A DNA stretch of 53,640 bases from an uncultured bacterium (GCA_964426895.1 CAYRSH010000002.1:1-53640), one strand, 5' to 3'; counted from the first letter of the stretch, positions 18,103 through 27,809 are shown. Notes: a model not told the origin generated them from the sequence alone. Numbers and translations are program-made.

Positions 18103-18776
18103 TGTGGGAATTTGGATCTCATAAGATATGGGTTTTATACGACCCCGATAGAATGGGTGTTGAAGACTTTTATGATAAAGTCGTATCTTTGGGGGATCTC
18201 GTGGGTGCAATTCTGGTGGGTACGAGTTTCCTTGAAGGGGATATTTGTCCAAAGGTAAAAGCGTTAAAGGATTTATCAAAATTCCCGGTTATCCTATTCC
18301 CCGGTTCCCACTACCAGATATGCCCCTATTACGATTATGTACTATTTCTATCTTTGATATCCGGGAGGAATCCCGAGTATCTAATAGGTGAGCATGTCAA
18401 GGCCTCCCCAATGATAAAGAGGTATAACTTAAAGGTTATATCAACGGCGTATTTACTAATTGATGGGGGGGTATATACTTCAACGGAATTTATAACCAAT
18501 ACAAAGCCCTTGCCCAGAAACAAGTACGATTTAATCCTTTCCCATTGCTTGGCGGCGAAATACTTGGGTTTTTCGGCTATTTATTTGGAAGCGGGTTCTG
18601 GGGCTATCCTAAGCGTTCCGTATGAGGTGGTAAAGATTGTTAAGGAAGAGGTGGGTTTACCTTTAATCGTGGGTGGTGGTATAAGATTAAAAAAGCAGAT
18701 AGAAAACTATTTTAAAAGCGGTGCGGATATAGTTGTGGTGGGAACCGCAATTGAGGATGATGATAGGGAAATTTGA
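18102..18776 (+). CDS. Geranylgeranylglyceryl/heptaprenylglyceryl phosphate synthase family protein (GGGPS/PcrB)
   Basis: 224 aa. LYDPDR near the N-terminus, FPGS, IYLEAGSGA, IVGGGIR and GADIVVVGTAIE match the TIM-barrel GGGPS/PcrB signature. The ATG overlaps the nuoN TGA (TGATG). Confidence 0.8.
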   Translation: MWEFGSHKIWVLYDPDRMGVEDFYDKVVSLGDLVGAILVGTSFLEGDICPKVKALKDLSKFPVILFPGSHYQICPYYDYVLFLSLISGRNPEYLIGEHVKASPMIKRYNLKVISTAYLLIDGGVYTSTEFITNTKPLPRNKYDLILSHCLAAKYLGFSAIYLEAGSGAILSVPYEVVKIVKEEVGLPLIVGGGIRLKKQIENYFKSGADIVVVGTAIEDDDREI

Positions 18777-19068
18777 ACGGGTTTTGGGGGCAATCTGTTA
18801 TCTACCCTTCTTATTTGTCATTCCCCTATTTTTGAATCCAAGTCCCTTTTTGGTTTTTCATATAAAACAGGGTTTTCTCCTCTCCTTTTTGTGGATAATA
18901 TGGTTATACCTTTACCATTTTATTCCAATAATCGGCTGGTACATAATAGGCCCTTTCGGTTTTATATTCCTCGTGTTCCTTACGATTTTTGGAATGGTCA
19001 AAGCCTTTAACGGCGATATGGAACCGTTACCCTTTGTGGGGATATGGGTTGAAAAATTAAGATTATGA
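18757..19068 (+). CDS. Small membrane protein (DUF4870-like)
   Basis: About 103 aa, 3 TM, with the FHIKQGF motif typical of that family. Start ambiguous (TTG 18733, ATG 18757 or 18760). Overlaps both neighbours. Confidence 0.45.
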   Translation: MMIGKFERVLGAICYLPFLFVIPLFLNPSPFLVFHIKQGFLLSFLWIIWLYLYHFIPIIGWYIIGPFGFIFLVFLTIFGMVKAFNGDMEPLPFVGIWVEKLRL

Positions 19069-20357
19069 AATACATCTGTTCGGTTTGTGGGTATATGTCC
19101 TTAAAGCCCCTCGGTAAATGCCCTAATTGTGGGGAGTGGGACACATTTGTTGAGGAGGGAAAAAAAGAAATAGGGGGAAAGTTAAAAGTCATCAAATTAA
19201 AGGATGTAAAGGTAAAGGAAAACCTTAGAATAAATACGGGTATAGAAGGGGTTAATAGGGTTTTGGGGGGAGGGTTGGTTAAGGGTAGCGTTGTGTTATT
19301 AGGGGGAAGCCCCGGCGTGGGAAAATCCACATTATTCTTGCAAATTGCAAATAACTTACACGATTACGGTTATAAGGTTCTGTTGGTTTCGGCCGAGGAA
19401 TCGGTTTATCAGGTAAAGCAAAGGGCGGAAAGGTTAAACATAAATTTGGATGTGGAAATTACCGAGGAAACCAACATTGATTATGTTTTAAACGGGGCAG
19501 AGGATTACGATGTTATCTTTGTGGATTCCGTTCAGGCGGTTTATACATCCGACCTTAACTCACCTCCGGGTTCAATATCGCAGGTTAGATTTTGTGCGGA
19601 TAAGCTCTTTAAGTTTTCAAAAACGACCAATACAACGGTTTTGCTATCCGGACATATAACGAAAAGCGGAGTTATAGCCGGTCCCAAAACATTGGAACAT
19701 TTGGTAGATGTGGTTTTATACCTTGAAGGTGAAAAGGGTAATATGTTAAGGATTTTGAGGGCGGAGAAAAACAGGTTTGGACCCACGGATGAGATGGCCT
19801 TTTTTGTAATGGAGGAGGCTGGATTGGTTCCAATTGAAGACCCTTCAAAGTATTTCTATACACCATCGGACATTCCCAAAATAGGGGTTGCATATACGAT
19901 AACCATAAAAGGTAACATTCCAATGGTTTTGGAAGTTCAGGCCTTAGTACATAACACCTTTTACCCCGTTCCCCTAAGGCATTCCGTTGGTTATGACCCC
20001 AAAAGGTTGGCCATAGTTTTGGCCCTGTTGGAAAAACTGTTAAACTATAAGTTTGCAAAAACCGATATTTATATCAACATAGGTGGGGGGATTAAAACGG
20101 ATGACTCTTTTATAGACATGGCCGTTTGCTCATCTATAATATCCTCGCTTAGAAACATACCCTTAGACAATGCCGGTATATTCATAGGGGAGATTTCGCT
20201 AACCGGGGAGTTTAAATCCCCGATAAACCTTGAAGTTAGGGAAAACGAGGGGAAAAGGCTCGGTTTTAAGAGACTTTATTCACCTAAACCGGGAAGGACA
20301 CTTGAATGGTTTGAGGTTAAGAACTTAAAGGATTTGAATTCCATTATATCCCCATAA
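19065..20357 (+). CDS. radA: DNA repair protein RadA/Sms
   Basis: 430 aa. Zn ribbon CSVCGYMSLKPLGKCPNCGEW, Walker A GGSPGVGKST, RadA-specific AEKNRFGPT, Lon-like C-domain. Confidence 0.93.
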   Translation: MKYICSVCGYMSLKPLGKCPNCGEWDTFVEEGKKEIGGKLKVIKLKDVKVKENLRINTGIEGVNRVLGGGLVKGSVVLLGGSPGVGKSTLFLQIANNLHDYGYKVLLVSAEESVYQVKQRAERLNINLDVEITEETNIDYVLNGAEDYDVIFVDSVQAVYTSDLNSPPGSISQVRFCADKLFKFSKTTNTTVLLSGHITKSGVIAGPKTLEHLVDVVLYLEGEKGNMLRILRAEKNRFGPTDEMAFFVMEEAGLVPIEDPSKYFYTPSDIPKIGVAYTITIKGNIPMVLEVQALVHNTFYPVPLRHSVGYDPKRLAIVLALLEKLLNYKFAKTDIYINIGGGIKTDDSFIDMAVCSSIISSLRNIPLDNAGIFIGEISLTGEFKSPINLEVRENEGKRLGFKRLYSPKPGRTLEWFEVKNLKDLNSIISP

Positions 20358-20943
20358 CGGCATAATACAGTATGTTTATACCCATCCTTATTGCCTTTTC
20401 CCTTACATCCGGGGGATCTCCATACCTATCCGTCCATCCATCGGAAACATTGGAATTCCAAGTGTATAATACAGCAAGCCTACCCCTAATAAATATGCCA
20501 TAAGCCTTCGGAGTACCGGGATAATGTTCGTGAACCTTGGGAAGGGGTATATCGTAAAATATGTGGAATATGGGATGATCCGGGGGGATTTCCACGAGTT
20601 CATACTCCGGAAAAACCCTTTTTATTTCCCTCCTAAAAGCGCTATCAAGTCCGTAATCATCATCTACATAAAGAAAACCCCCATTTTCAAGGTATTTTCT
20701 TAAATTCTTGATTTCCTCATCGGAAAACCTTATACCGTCATGACCCGTAATAAAAAGCATAACATATTCGTATATTTCCGGTGAAGAAAGTCTTACGGAA
20801 TAGGCGTTTGTGTCAAAAATAGGGGACACCCGGGAGTTAAACTCCTTGGTTATATTGGGTAAAATCTCGGGATCGTTATACCAATCCCCACCACCTCCAT
20901 ATTCAACCCTTGCTATCTTTAATAAGGAGATTAGAATAATCAT
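20344..20943 (-). CDS. DUF4159-domain protein
   Basis: 199 aa. ARVEYGGGGDWYNDPEILPN resembles the DUF4159 N-terminal signature. ATGA coupling to the transketolase gene. Confidence 0.55.
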   Translation of the reverse strand: MIILISLLKIARVEYGGGGDWYNDPEILPNITKEFNSRVSPIFDTNAYSVRLSSPEIYEYVMLFITGHDGIRFSDEEIKNLRKYLENGGFLYVDDDYGLDSAFRREIKRVFPEYELVEIPPDHPIFHIFYDIPLPKVHEHYPGTPKAYGIFIRGRLAVLYTWNSNVSDGWTDRYGDPPDVREKAIRMGINILYYAVMGI

Positions 20944-21746
20944 TCCAACTCTTTTAAGGCTTTCTCATAGAGTTCATCGGTTAATACGCTGCTATGCCAT
21001 TTGTAGTCGTTTTCCATAAATGAAATCCCTTTGCCTTTAACCGTATGCGCTATTATAAACTGGGGTTTTTCCTGTGTTTTCGCCCATGTAAAAACCTCGT
21101 ATAACTCTTCCATATTGTGGCCATCAACCTCTTTTACCACCCATTTAAACGCCTCAACCTTCTCCCTTATGGGCTCCGGGTCGTTTATCTCATTAACATT
21201 TCCCTCTATTTGGAGGTGGTTGTAATCGAGTATGAAGGTTAGGTTGTTTAAGCGGTAATTTCCGGCCATCATAATTGCCTCCCAAGTTTGACCTTCCTGT
21301 AATTCAGCATCGCTTATAACAGTCCAAACCCTTGAAGGCTTATTACTCAACTTTAACCCAAGGGCCATACCGACCGAAATGGATGTACCTTGCGATAACG
21401 AGCCGGTTGAAGCCTCTGCCCAAGGTGTCCTCCTCCTTGAAGGGTGTCCCTGCAAAATACCGTTAACATTTCTGAACTTTTTTAGTTCCTCCCTGTCTAT
21501 CCAACCCAATAGGGACCATATGGAGTATAGAGTTGCGCATCCATGTCCCTTTGATAACACAAACCTATCCCTATCCTCCCAAAAGGGATCTTCCCTTTTT
21601 ATGTTCATAACCTTAAAGAACAAAACCAAACCTATCTCAACCCAAGATAGCGCGCCCCCTTGGTGCCCCGATTGCGCCTTATAAGTCATCTCAATTATAT
21701 CCCTACGAACGATCTTTGCGTATTCCTTCAATTTCTCAAAATCCAT
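20940..21746 (-). CDS. Transketolase, N-terminal (thiamine-diphosphate-binding) subunit of a split enzyme
   Basis: 268 aa. SGHQGGALS, LSKGH and GSLSQG motifs. No C-terminal subunit gene adjacent. Confidence 0.88.
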   Translation of the reverse strand: MDFEKLKEYAKIVRRDIIEMTYKAQSGHQGGALSWVEIGLVLFFKVMNIKREDPFWEDRDRFVLSKGHGCATLYSIWSLLGWIDREELKKFRNVNGILQGHPSRRRTPWAEASTGSLSQGTSISVGMALGLKLSNKPSRVWTVISDAELQEGQTWEAIMMAGNYRLNNLTFILDYNHLQIEGNVNEINDPEPIREKVEAFKWVVKEVDGHNMEELYEVFTWAKTQEKPQFIIAHTVKGKGISFMENDYKWHSSVLTDELYEKALKELE

Positions 21747-21754
21747 AACTTTGT

Positions 21755-21766
21755 AGTATAAAGTTG
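21755..21766 (-). promoter_or_regulatory. Promoter caactttatact for the transketolase unit
   Basis: -10 TATACT lies 8 nt from ATG 21746. Confidence 0.45.
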
Positions 21767-21767
21767 A

Positions 21768-21779
21768 GAACCTTATAAT
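21768..21779 (+). promoter_or_regulatory. Promoter gaaccttataat for the heptosyltransferase gene
   Basis: -10 TATAAT 21774-21779. GTG 21788 lies 8 nt downstream; TTG 21782 is only 2 nt downstream. Confidence 0.5.
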
Positions 21780-21787
21780 ATTTGCCC

Positions 21788-22777
21788 GTGAAGATCTTGA
21801 TAAGACTTCCCAACTGGTTGGGGGATTTCGTTATGTCTTTTGCCTTTTTAAGAAAGGTTAAGGAGGCTTTTGGAGGTTGTGATATATTCGTAATTTCAAA
21901 ACCACAATTTTCACCCCTCTTAAACTTTGTGGGGAGGTTTAATATTTTTCACTTTTCCAAGGATATGTACAAAGGGTTTAAGGGCTTGTTTGATTTCTCA
22001 CTTTCAATAAGGGGGAATTACGAATACTATTTCTCGCTCCCCGATTCCCTTTCATCCGCACTAATGGGGTTTTTATCGGGGGCCAAGAGGAGGATCGGAT
22101 ATTCGGCGGAGTTTAGGGATCTTCTTTTAACGGATGTTTTTAAAAAACCCAAAGGATTACACAGGGTTGAAGAGTATGCATATCTTTTGAAGGATTTTTT
22201 AAAAGAACCTTTAAAGGATTTGGATACATCAATAAGCGTTGAACCGGATCCGGAAATACAAAGCCTTAAAGGTTTAAAGTTTGCGATAAACATAAATTCG
22301 GAAGCCCAAAGCAGGAGGATGTCCATAGAGAAGTGGGCAAGAGTTGTTAACCTCCTCATCCAACGGCTGGATCCCTATATAATCTTAACGGGTGCAGAGA
22401 AGGATGCCGAAAGGGTTAAAAAACTTATAGGTATGATAGATAACGATAAAAAAGTTATCAACCTTTCTGGGAAAACGGACATATTGGGTTTGGCAAGGGT
22501 TTTAAAGGCCGTGGATATAACCATAACCGTTGATTCCGGACCAGCCCACCTTTCAAATTCCGTAGAGACACCAACATTGGTTCTATTCGGTGCAGGGAAT
22601 GAAAAAAACACATCACCGTATTTAAAAAAAGACCTGAAAATATTACGCTTAAAAAACTTAAAGTGTGCCCCGTGTTTAAAAAACAGGTGTAAATATGGGG
22701 AACCTATTTGTCTCAACCGTTTGGATGAGGAAATAATCGTTGAGAATGCCTTATCCCTGCTTCAAAAATACCCATAA
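21788..22777 (+). CDS. Glycosyltransferase family 9 (LPS heptosyltransferase-like)
   Basis: KILIRLPNWLGDFVMS N-terminus and TVDSGPAHL motif are typical of GT9. Start moved to GTG 21788 on promoter geometry. Confidence 0.8.
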   Translation: MKILIRLPNWLGDFVMSFAFLRKVKEAFGGCDIFVISKPQFSPLLNFVGRFNIFHFSKDMYKGFKGLFDFSLSIRGNYEYYFSLPDSLSSALMGFLSGAKRRIGYSAEFRDLLLTDVFKKPKGLHRVEEYAYLLKDFLKEPLKDLDTSISVEPDPEIQSLKGLKFAININSEAQSRRMSIEKWARVVNLLIQRLDPYIILTGAEKDAERVKKLIGMIDNDKKVINLSGKTDILGLARVLKAVDITITVDSGPAHLSNSVETPTLVLFGAGNEKNTSPYLKKDLKILRLKNLKCAPCLKNRCKYGEPICLNRLDEEIIVENALSLLQKYP

Positions 22778-24008
22778 AGAAGTATAAACATAGGTTTAAA
22801 ACCGTAGTATCAAAATTAACCTCAAATATACCCACTAAGGAAAACACCAACCAAACCGAGGCCAAAATAAGGGCAAATGTTGAACCGGTTTTGATGTACA
22901 ATACGGCGTATTTAAGGATAAAGTAAAGGGTTATGATTAATATTAAGGCAAGTCCTATCAAACCCGTTTCTGCAAGGGAATTAATATAAACATTGTGTAA
23001 GTGTGCGGTGTTATCTATAAGACCTTTTTCAAAATAAGGTTTTAAATACCCGGAGACTTGGGAGTAGCCTACGCCAAATATTGGATTGCCTTTCCAAATG
23101 TTTATACCTATTTCCCAATATACCGTGCGACTTGAAAAAGACCATATTAACTTTGGTGAAATAACACTTTTAAAGTAAAGGGCAAAAATTATAGGGAAGG
23201 TTGAAAGCAAAACATAAGGAAAGTTCCTAAGGAAACCAAACCTTAAAAAGAAAACAAAGGATAAGGCTAAGAGGGTAAAGTATATGTAAAGGTAGGAGTT
23301 TGTGAGGATTAAAGCGTAGAGTGAGGGTATAAATGCCAAGATAAACAACGGTGAATAATACAAAGATAAACAAAAAAACATTATGCTTGAAAACGAGAAC
23401 AGTGAGGCGGTATGATGCTTATGTCCATAAAACCCCACAAAGTCATGGGTTATATGCCTATACAAAGGATTAACGGTAATTTCCCTTACCCTTTTCCAAC
23501 CCTTGCCGGGATTTTCATCCGTTGCAATTTTATCACCGAATTTAAACGGAATATTTTTAATCTTTACAAAATCTCCACTTATATACACATTTTTTGGTTT
23601 TTTAAACTCAACTTCACAAGTTTTCTCCACACATTGATATTCGGTTAAAGTCATGTTTAAAATTCCAAAATTCTTGGATAAAAAACCCAATATGGCAAGG
23701 GATGTGGATGATATGGCAAAGGCATATATAACAACTTTTGGATTACCCTTGAATCCGGAAAATGCGGGATAACCCATCTTATCGTATATATCCTTTATTT
23801 CAACCGGTATTATGCGGTTAAAAACGAGGGTTATAAACCTCCAAAAATAAAGGAATATTATTAAAAGGAAATCTTTCGGGGGTCTTTGTTTGTTAAAAAA
23901 CATAAGGAATAAAACCAAGGTCAAAGGCACATATGATGCTGAAATTGAAAATGGGAGTATTAAAGCCATTAAAATCGCCAAAAGGTTATAAACCCTTTCC
24001 CCTTTCAT
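22713..24008 (-). CDS. O-antigen ligase/polymerase-like (Wzy_C) membrane protein
   Basis: Polytopic. NTAHLHNVYINSLAETGLIGL matches the O-antigen ligase loop motif. Start ambiguous (24008, 24032 or 24089). Confidence 0.7.
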   Translation of the reverse strand: MKGERVYNLLAILMALILPFSISASYVPLTLVLFLMFFNKQRPPKDFLLIIFLYFWRFITLVFNRIIPVEIKDIYDKMGYPAFSGFKGNPKVVIYAFAISSTSLAILGFLSKNFGILNMTLTEYQCVEKTCEVEFKKPKNVYISGDFVKIKNIPFKFGDKIATDENPGKGWKRVREITVNPLYRHITHDFVGFYGHKHHTASLFSFSSIMFFCLSLYYSPLFILAFIPSLYALILTNSYLYIYFTLLALSFVFFLRFGFLRNFPYVLLSTFPIIFALYFKSVISPKLIWSFSSRTVYWEIGINIWKGNPIFGVGYSQVSGYLKPYFEKGLIDNTAHLHNVYINSLAETGLIGLALILIITLYFILKYAVLYIKTGSTFALILASVWLVFSLVGIFEVNFDTTVLNLCLYFFMGIFEAGIRHSQRLFPHPNG

Positions 24009-24720
24009 AAAGTAAAGCGTATTTTTGAACATGATACCAGGCTTGCGAAAGTGAAAAGATGAGCCCTTCCACACCGTCAAGAATTGCAAGGTTTAGAATG
24101 TAATACTTTAAAAAAACCAATGGAAAGCGAAAGAATATTTTAAGATACCCCGTTTTCTTTGAACTGCCGGAAAATAAAACGGCATATTGTGTGTTCTTTT
24201 GCCAATGGTGTAATAGGCTTTTATAAGGGTAGTGTATCATCGGATTTTTTAGGGTTAGAACCTTTCCCTCAACTACGAGTTTTTCATGAACCGGAACATC
24301 TGTTATTTTAACCTTTTCCTTTTTGGCAAGTCTCAAAAGTTTTGTGGGTCTCATCCTTTGAACCTTTCCCATATAAACATTTACCCTCTTTATGTAAAAC
24401 CCATCTACCTTGTTTTCAAGGACAACCTTAGATATTTCCTTTCCCAATTCCGGGGTTATTCTCTCATCCGCATCAAGGAACAAAACCCAAGGATATGATG
24501 CCACTTTTAAAGCCTTAAACCTCTGGTACGAATAACCCCTCCAAGGGCTTACAAAAACCCTCGCATCCCTTTCCTTGGCAACTTTTAAGGTTTCATCCCG
24601 CGAGAAACTGTCAAAAATTATAACCTCAAAAGGTATTTCTAAGTATTTTAAACTTTTAAATAAATCCGGAATGTTCTCACCTTCATCTTTCGTTAAGACT
24701 ATTACGCTTAACAACCGCAT
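23986..24720 (-). CDS. Glycosyltransferase family 2
   Basis: 244 aa. LSVIVLTKDEGENI and FLDADE motifs. Confidence 0.8.
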   Translation of the reverse strand: MRLLSVIVLTKDEGENIPDLFKSLKYLEIPFEVIIFDSFSRDETLKVAKERDARVFVSPWRGYSYQRFKALKVASYPWVLFLDADERITPELGKEISKVVLENKVDGFYIKRVNVYMGKVQRMRPTKLLRLAKKEKVKITDVPVHEKLVVEGKVLTLKNPMIHYPYKSLLHHWQKNTQYAVLFSGSSKKTGYLKIFFRFPLVFLKYYILNLAILDGVEGLIFSLSQAWYHVQKYALLYERGKGL

Positions 24721-24741
24721 ATTTTAATAGCGAAACGGCCG

Positions 24742-24747
24742 TATTAT
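24742..24747 (+). promoter_or_regulatory. -10 TATTAT for the MidA-like gene
   Basis: 6 nt before TTG 24754. The complementary strand reads TATAAT (24748-24743), which could serve the divergent GT2 gene. Confidence 0.35.
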
Positions 24748-24753
24748 ATCTTC

Positions 24754-25653
24754 TTGAAACTTTCGGAAATTGTAAAAGAACTCCTTTACGGGAAGGATGG
24801 GTATTACACAAAACATGTTTCAATCGGTAAAAGGGGGGATTTTTTCACCGCCCCACATACATCTCCGCTTTTTGGATATACGGTGGGAAAATTTTTAAAA
24901 AAGGAGGGTGTTAAGTTTTTCGTGGAAATCGGTGGTGGTGAGGGTTATATGATGGAGGATATACTGAACTTTACGGATTTGGAAGGTGCTATATATGAAA
25001 TAAGTCCGAAGTTGAGAAAACTTCAAGGGGAAAGGTTAAAGAAATTTGGGAAGAGGTTTACGCATATTGACAAACTTCTAAATGCGGATGCTTATGTGTT
25101 AAACGAGGTAATTGACGCTTTACCCTTTAACAGGTTTATATTTAAAGGTGGAAAATGGTGGGAATATGAATATATTGATGGGGAATGGGTATTGACGGAA
25201 GGAGAGCCCGAAGATTTTGGAATTGAACCTCCGGAGGGGTTTATTTACGATGAAACGGAGAAATTGGAAGGTTTTTTAAAACCGATTTTTGAAAGCACCA
25301 AAAGGGTTTTGATATTTGATTACGGTTATGAGGAAGAGGAATTCCCAATTTTGGCACCAGAAGGAACCCTTTCGGGGTATAAAGAACATAAAGTTTATTA
25401 CGGTTTTGATGCGTTAAAAAGGGGTATGGATATAACCCATTTCGTGAATTTTACGAGGATTAAAAGGATAGCGGAAAGATATGGGTTTAAGGTTAAAATA
25501 GATCTTCCACAAACGGAATTTTTACTCAAATTTGGGATATTAGACATCTTTTCCGAAATGGAAGACTCCGAGAAGGGGAAGTTGTCCGGAGGTTTAAAAA
25601 CCCTTTTGTTTTCATTTAAGAACCATAGGGTTCTGTATCTCACATCTTTATAA
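24754..25653 (+). CDS. MidA/NDUFAF7-like SAM-dependent methyltransferase (DUF185)
   Basis: 299 aa. GYYT...GKRGDFFTAPHTSPLFG followed by VEIGGGEGYMMEDIL (SAM motif I). Confidence 0.65.
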   Translation: MKLSEIVKELLYGKDGYYTKHVSIGKRGDFFTAPHTSPLFGYTVGKFLKKEGVKFFVEIGGGEGYMMEDILNFTDLEGAIYEISPKLRKLQGERLKKFGKRFTHIDKLLNADAYVLNEVIDALPFNRFIFKGGKWWEYEYIDGEWVLTEGEPEDFGIEPPEGFIYDETEKLEGFLKPIFESTKRVLIFDYGYEEEEFPILAPEGTLSGYKEHKVYYGFDALKRGMDITHFVNFTRIKRIAERYGFKVKIDLPQTEFLLKFGILDIFSEMEDSEKGKLSGGLKTLLFSFKNHRVLYLTSL

Positions 25654-25654
25654 T
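25643..25654 (+). promoter_or_regulatory. Promoter catctttataat for the GT4 gene
   Basis: -10 TATAAT 25649-25654 lies 6 nt before TTG 25661. Confidence 0.45.
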
Positions 25655-25660
25655 ATATAC

Positions 25661-26758
25661 TTGAAATTAGGGATATTGGCCTTATTCTTTGATGATGCCC
25701 CCAGAGGCATAGGAAAATCAACAGGTTTTTTAATGAGGGAGTTCTCCCACCTTGAAGGGGATTATGAGATACTTTCGCCCTTAATACCTAAGGGTGCAAA
25801 TGCCGAAAAGTTCAAAAAGGTATCTTTGGGTTTGGCGCCTGCAAGGGGCAGATGGGGAAATATAAAGAGGTTTTTTTGGCAAAATTTTCTCTTAAAATTT
25901 CGCAATTACAGAAATATATTCTCAACATCTTATGAGAGTTCCCTTCTGTACTTTGGAAATCAGGCCTTTATTATCCACGATGTTATAAACTTGAAGTTTA
26001 AAGATTTCCGTTATCCCCCCCTAATAAAGTACTATTACAATTTTCAAACACCTTTGGTTCTAAAATTTGGTGCAAAAATAGTGGTTCCGAGCAATGCCGT
26101 AAAGGGGGAAATATTGGAAATTTATGGTGTAAAGGAAGAAGATGTAGGAGTTGTTTATTGGGGGATCGATAGGAATATGTATAGGTTTGTTGAGGATAAA
26201 AAAGTATTAAAAAGGTATTCCCTTGAACCCTACGGATATATCCTTTATGTAGGAGATGTTATTCAAAGGAAAAACATCCAACTCATCATAAAAACCCTCC
26301 AATTTGTAAAAGATAAGGTTTTGGTTATAGCAGGCACACCTTTCAAAAAGGTTAAAAACGATTTGGAGGAATTGGCAAATTCCTTAAATGTATCCCAAAA
26401 GGTGAAATTTTTGGGTTATGTACCCGATGAAGAACTCGTTGTTTTATATTCGCAAGCATTTGCTTTCGTATATCCATCATTTATTGAGGGTTTTGGAATG
26501 CCACCCCTTGAAGCCGCCTCCTGTGGAACACCTGTCATAGTTTCCGATATTCCAGTTTTTAGGGAATTATATTCTGGATATTTTCTGTTTGTAGATCCGC
26601 ATAACCCCGAGGATTTAGCCGAAAAGTTAAAAAAATTAGAAAACGAAGACATAAGGAAAAACATCAAAAAAGGTTATGAGGAATTACTCCAAAAATACAC
26701 ATGGGAAAATTCCGCAAAAACTTTGTATAATATCCTACGGGATTGGGGATTCTTATGA
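25661..26758 (+). CDS. Glycosyltransferase family 4 (GT-B fold)
   Basis: 365 aa. PSFIEGFGMPPLEAASCGTPVIVSD is the E-x7-E region of GT4. Confidence 0.8.
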   Translation: MKLGILALFFDDAPRGIGKSTGFLMREFSHLEGDYEILSPLIPKGANAEKFKKVSLGLAPARGRWGNIKRFFWQNFLLKFRNYRNIFSTSYESSLLYFGNQAFIIHDVINLKFKDFRYPPLIKYYYNFQTPLVLKFGAKIVVPSNAVKGEILEIYGVKEEDVGVVYWGIDRNMYRFVEDKKVLKRYSLEPYGYILYVGDVIQRKNIQLIIKTLQFVKDKVLVIAGTPFKKVKNDLEELANSLNVSQKVKFLGYVPDEELVVLYSQAFAFVYPSFIEGFGMPPLEAASCGTPVIVSDIPVFRELYSGYFLFVDPHNPEDLAEKLKKLENEDIRKNIKKGYEELLQKYTWENSAKTLYNILRDWGFL

Positions 26759-27795
26759 AAAGGGCTTTAATACTCGCACCCAATAGGTGGGATGGTTCCC
26801 TTGAAGTGGGTATATTCAAGTTTGCAAAATTCTTAAAGGAATTGGGATTTGAGGTTAGGAATATAAACCTTGAAGGTTTCAGGTATTTACCGTCTAAAAC
26901 CTTTGGGTGGATATTCCCCAAAAACTTTGGAAAGCAATACAAAATGTTTTGGAACCTAACCCATTATTTAAATTCCTTTAAAGTTTTTGGAAATTGGGAT
27001 ATTTTGATGTGCGATGCGAGTCATATGTTGTTTTTTGCGAATAGAATAAAAGCAAGGATTAAAATATACCGTTTAAACGATTGGTTGGAGGGATTTGGAC
27101 TCCCGGCGTTTTTTGTAGATGAGGAAAAACGGTTTATAGAGTTATCCGATGCGGTTATTTCCGCCCATTCAACCCTCTCTTACAAAGTTCCGGATAAGAA
27201 AAAATTCTTTTTACTACCAAACCCCATAGACTTGGAACTTTTTCCTTTAAAAGATGTGGAGGAACCCCCGGATTTAAAAAACATCCCAAAACCCCGTATT
27301 ATATATGTTGGGGCGGTATATCAATGGTTTGATTGGGAGGCAGTTATATATTCCGCAAAAGTATTAAAAAACTTTTCCTTTGTAATCATTGGTCCATATA
27401 CGAATCTACCAAAGGATATTCCCAAGAATGTTTTTATACTCGGTAAGAGGCCTCATAAACGGATATACGAATATTTATACCATTGCGATATAGGTTTTAT
27501 TCCCTTCAAGTTATCCCCATTGATAACCCATATGGATTATCCCAATAAGGTTTTGGAATATTTTGCGATGGGTTTGCCCGTTGTTAGCGTTTATTGGGAG
27601 AGTTTTCCCAAGAACTTCCCGGAGGTCATGTTCTACAAGGAATATAAAGAAATACCGCGATTGTTAAAAGAGGCTTTAAAAAAGGGAAAGGATTACGCTT
27701 TGAGGGAAAGGGTTTTGGAGTTTTCTTCGGATAAGATTTTTTCCAAATTTAAGGAGATAATTTTAGAATTAACCCACGGAAAAATTACACGGTAG
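26743..27795 (+). CDS. Glycosyltransferase (GT-B fold, family uncertain)
   Basis: 350 aa. YPNKVLEYFAMGLPVVS C-terminal nucleotide-sugar-binding-like motif. Confidence 0.6.
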   Translation: MGILMKRALILAPNRWDGSLEVGIFKFAKFLKELGFEVRNINLEGFRYLPSKTFGWIFPKNFGKQYKMFWNLTHYLNSFKVFGNWDILMCDASHMLFFANRIKARIKIYRLNDWLEGFGLPAFFVDEEKRFIELSDAVISAHSTLSYKVPDKKKFFLLPNPIDLELFPLKDVEEPPDLKNIPKPRIIYVGAVYQWFDWEAVIYSAKVLKNFSFVIIGPYTNLPKDIPKNVFILGKRPHKRIYEYLYHCDIGFIPFKLSPLITHMDYPNKVLEYFAMGLPVVSVYWESFPKNFPEVMFYKEYKEIPRLLKEALKKGKDYALRERVLEFSSDKIFSKFKEIILELTHGKITR

Positions 27796-27801
27796 TAAAA
27801 T
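27796..27801 (+). promoter_or_regulatory. -10 TAAAAT for serS
   Basis: Followed by caccgctt (8 nt), then ATG 27810. Same post -10 CCGCTT-ATG context as nuoN. Confidence 0.5.
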
Positions 27802-27809
27802 CACCGCTT

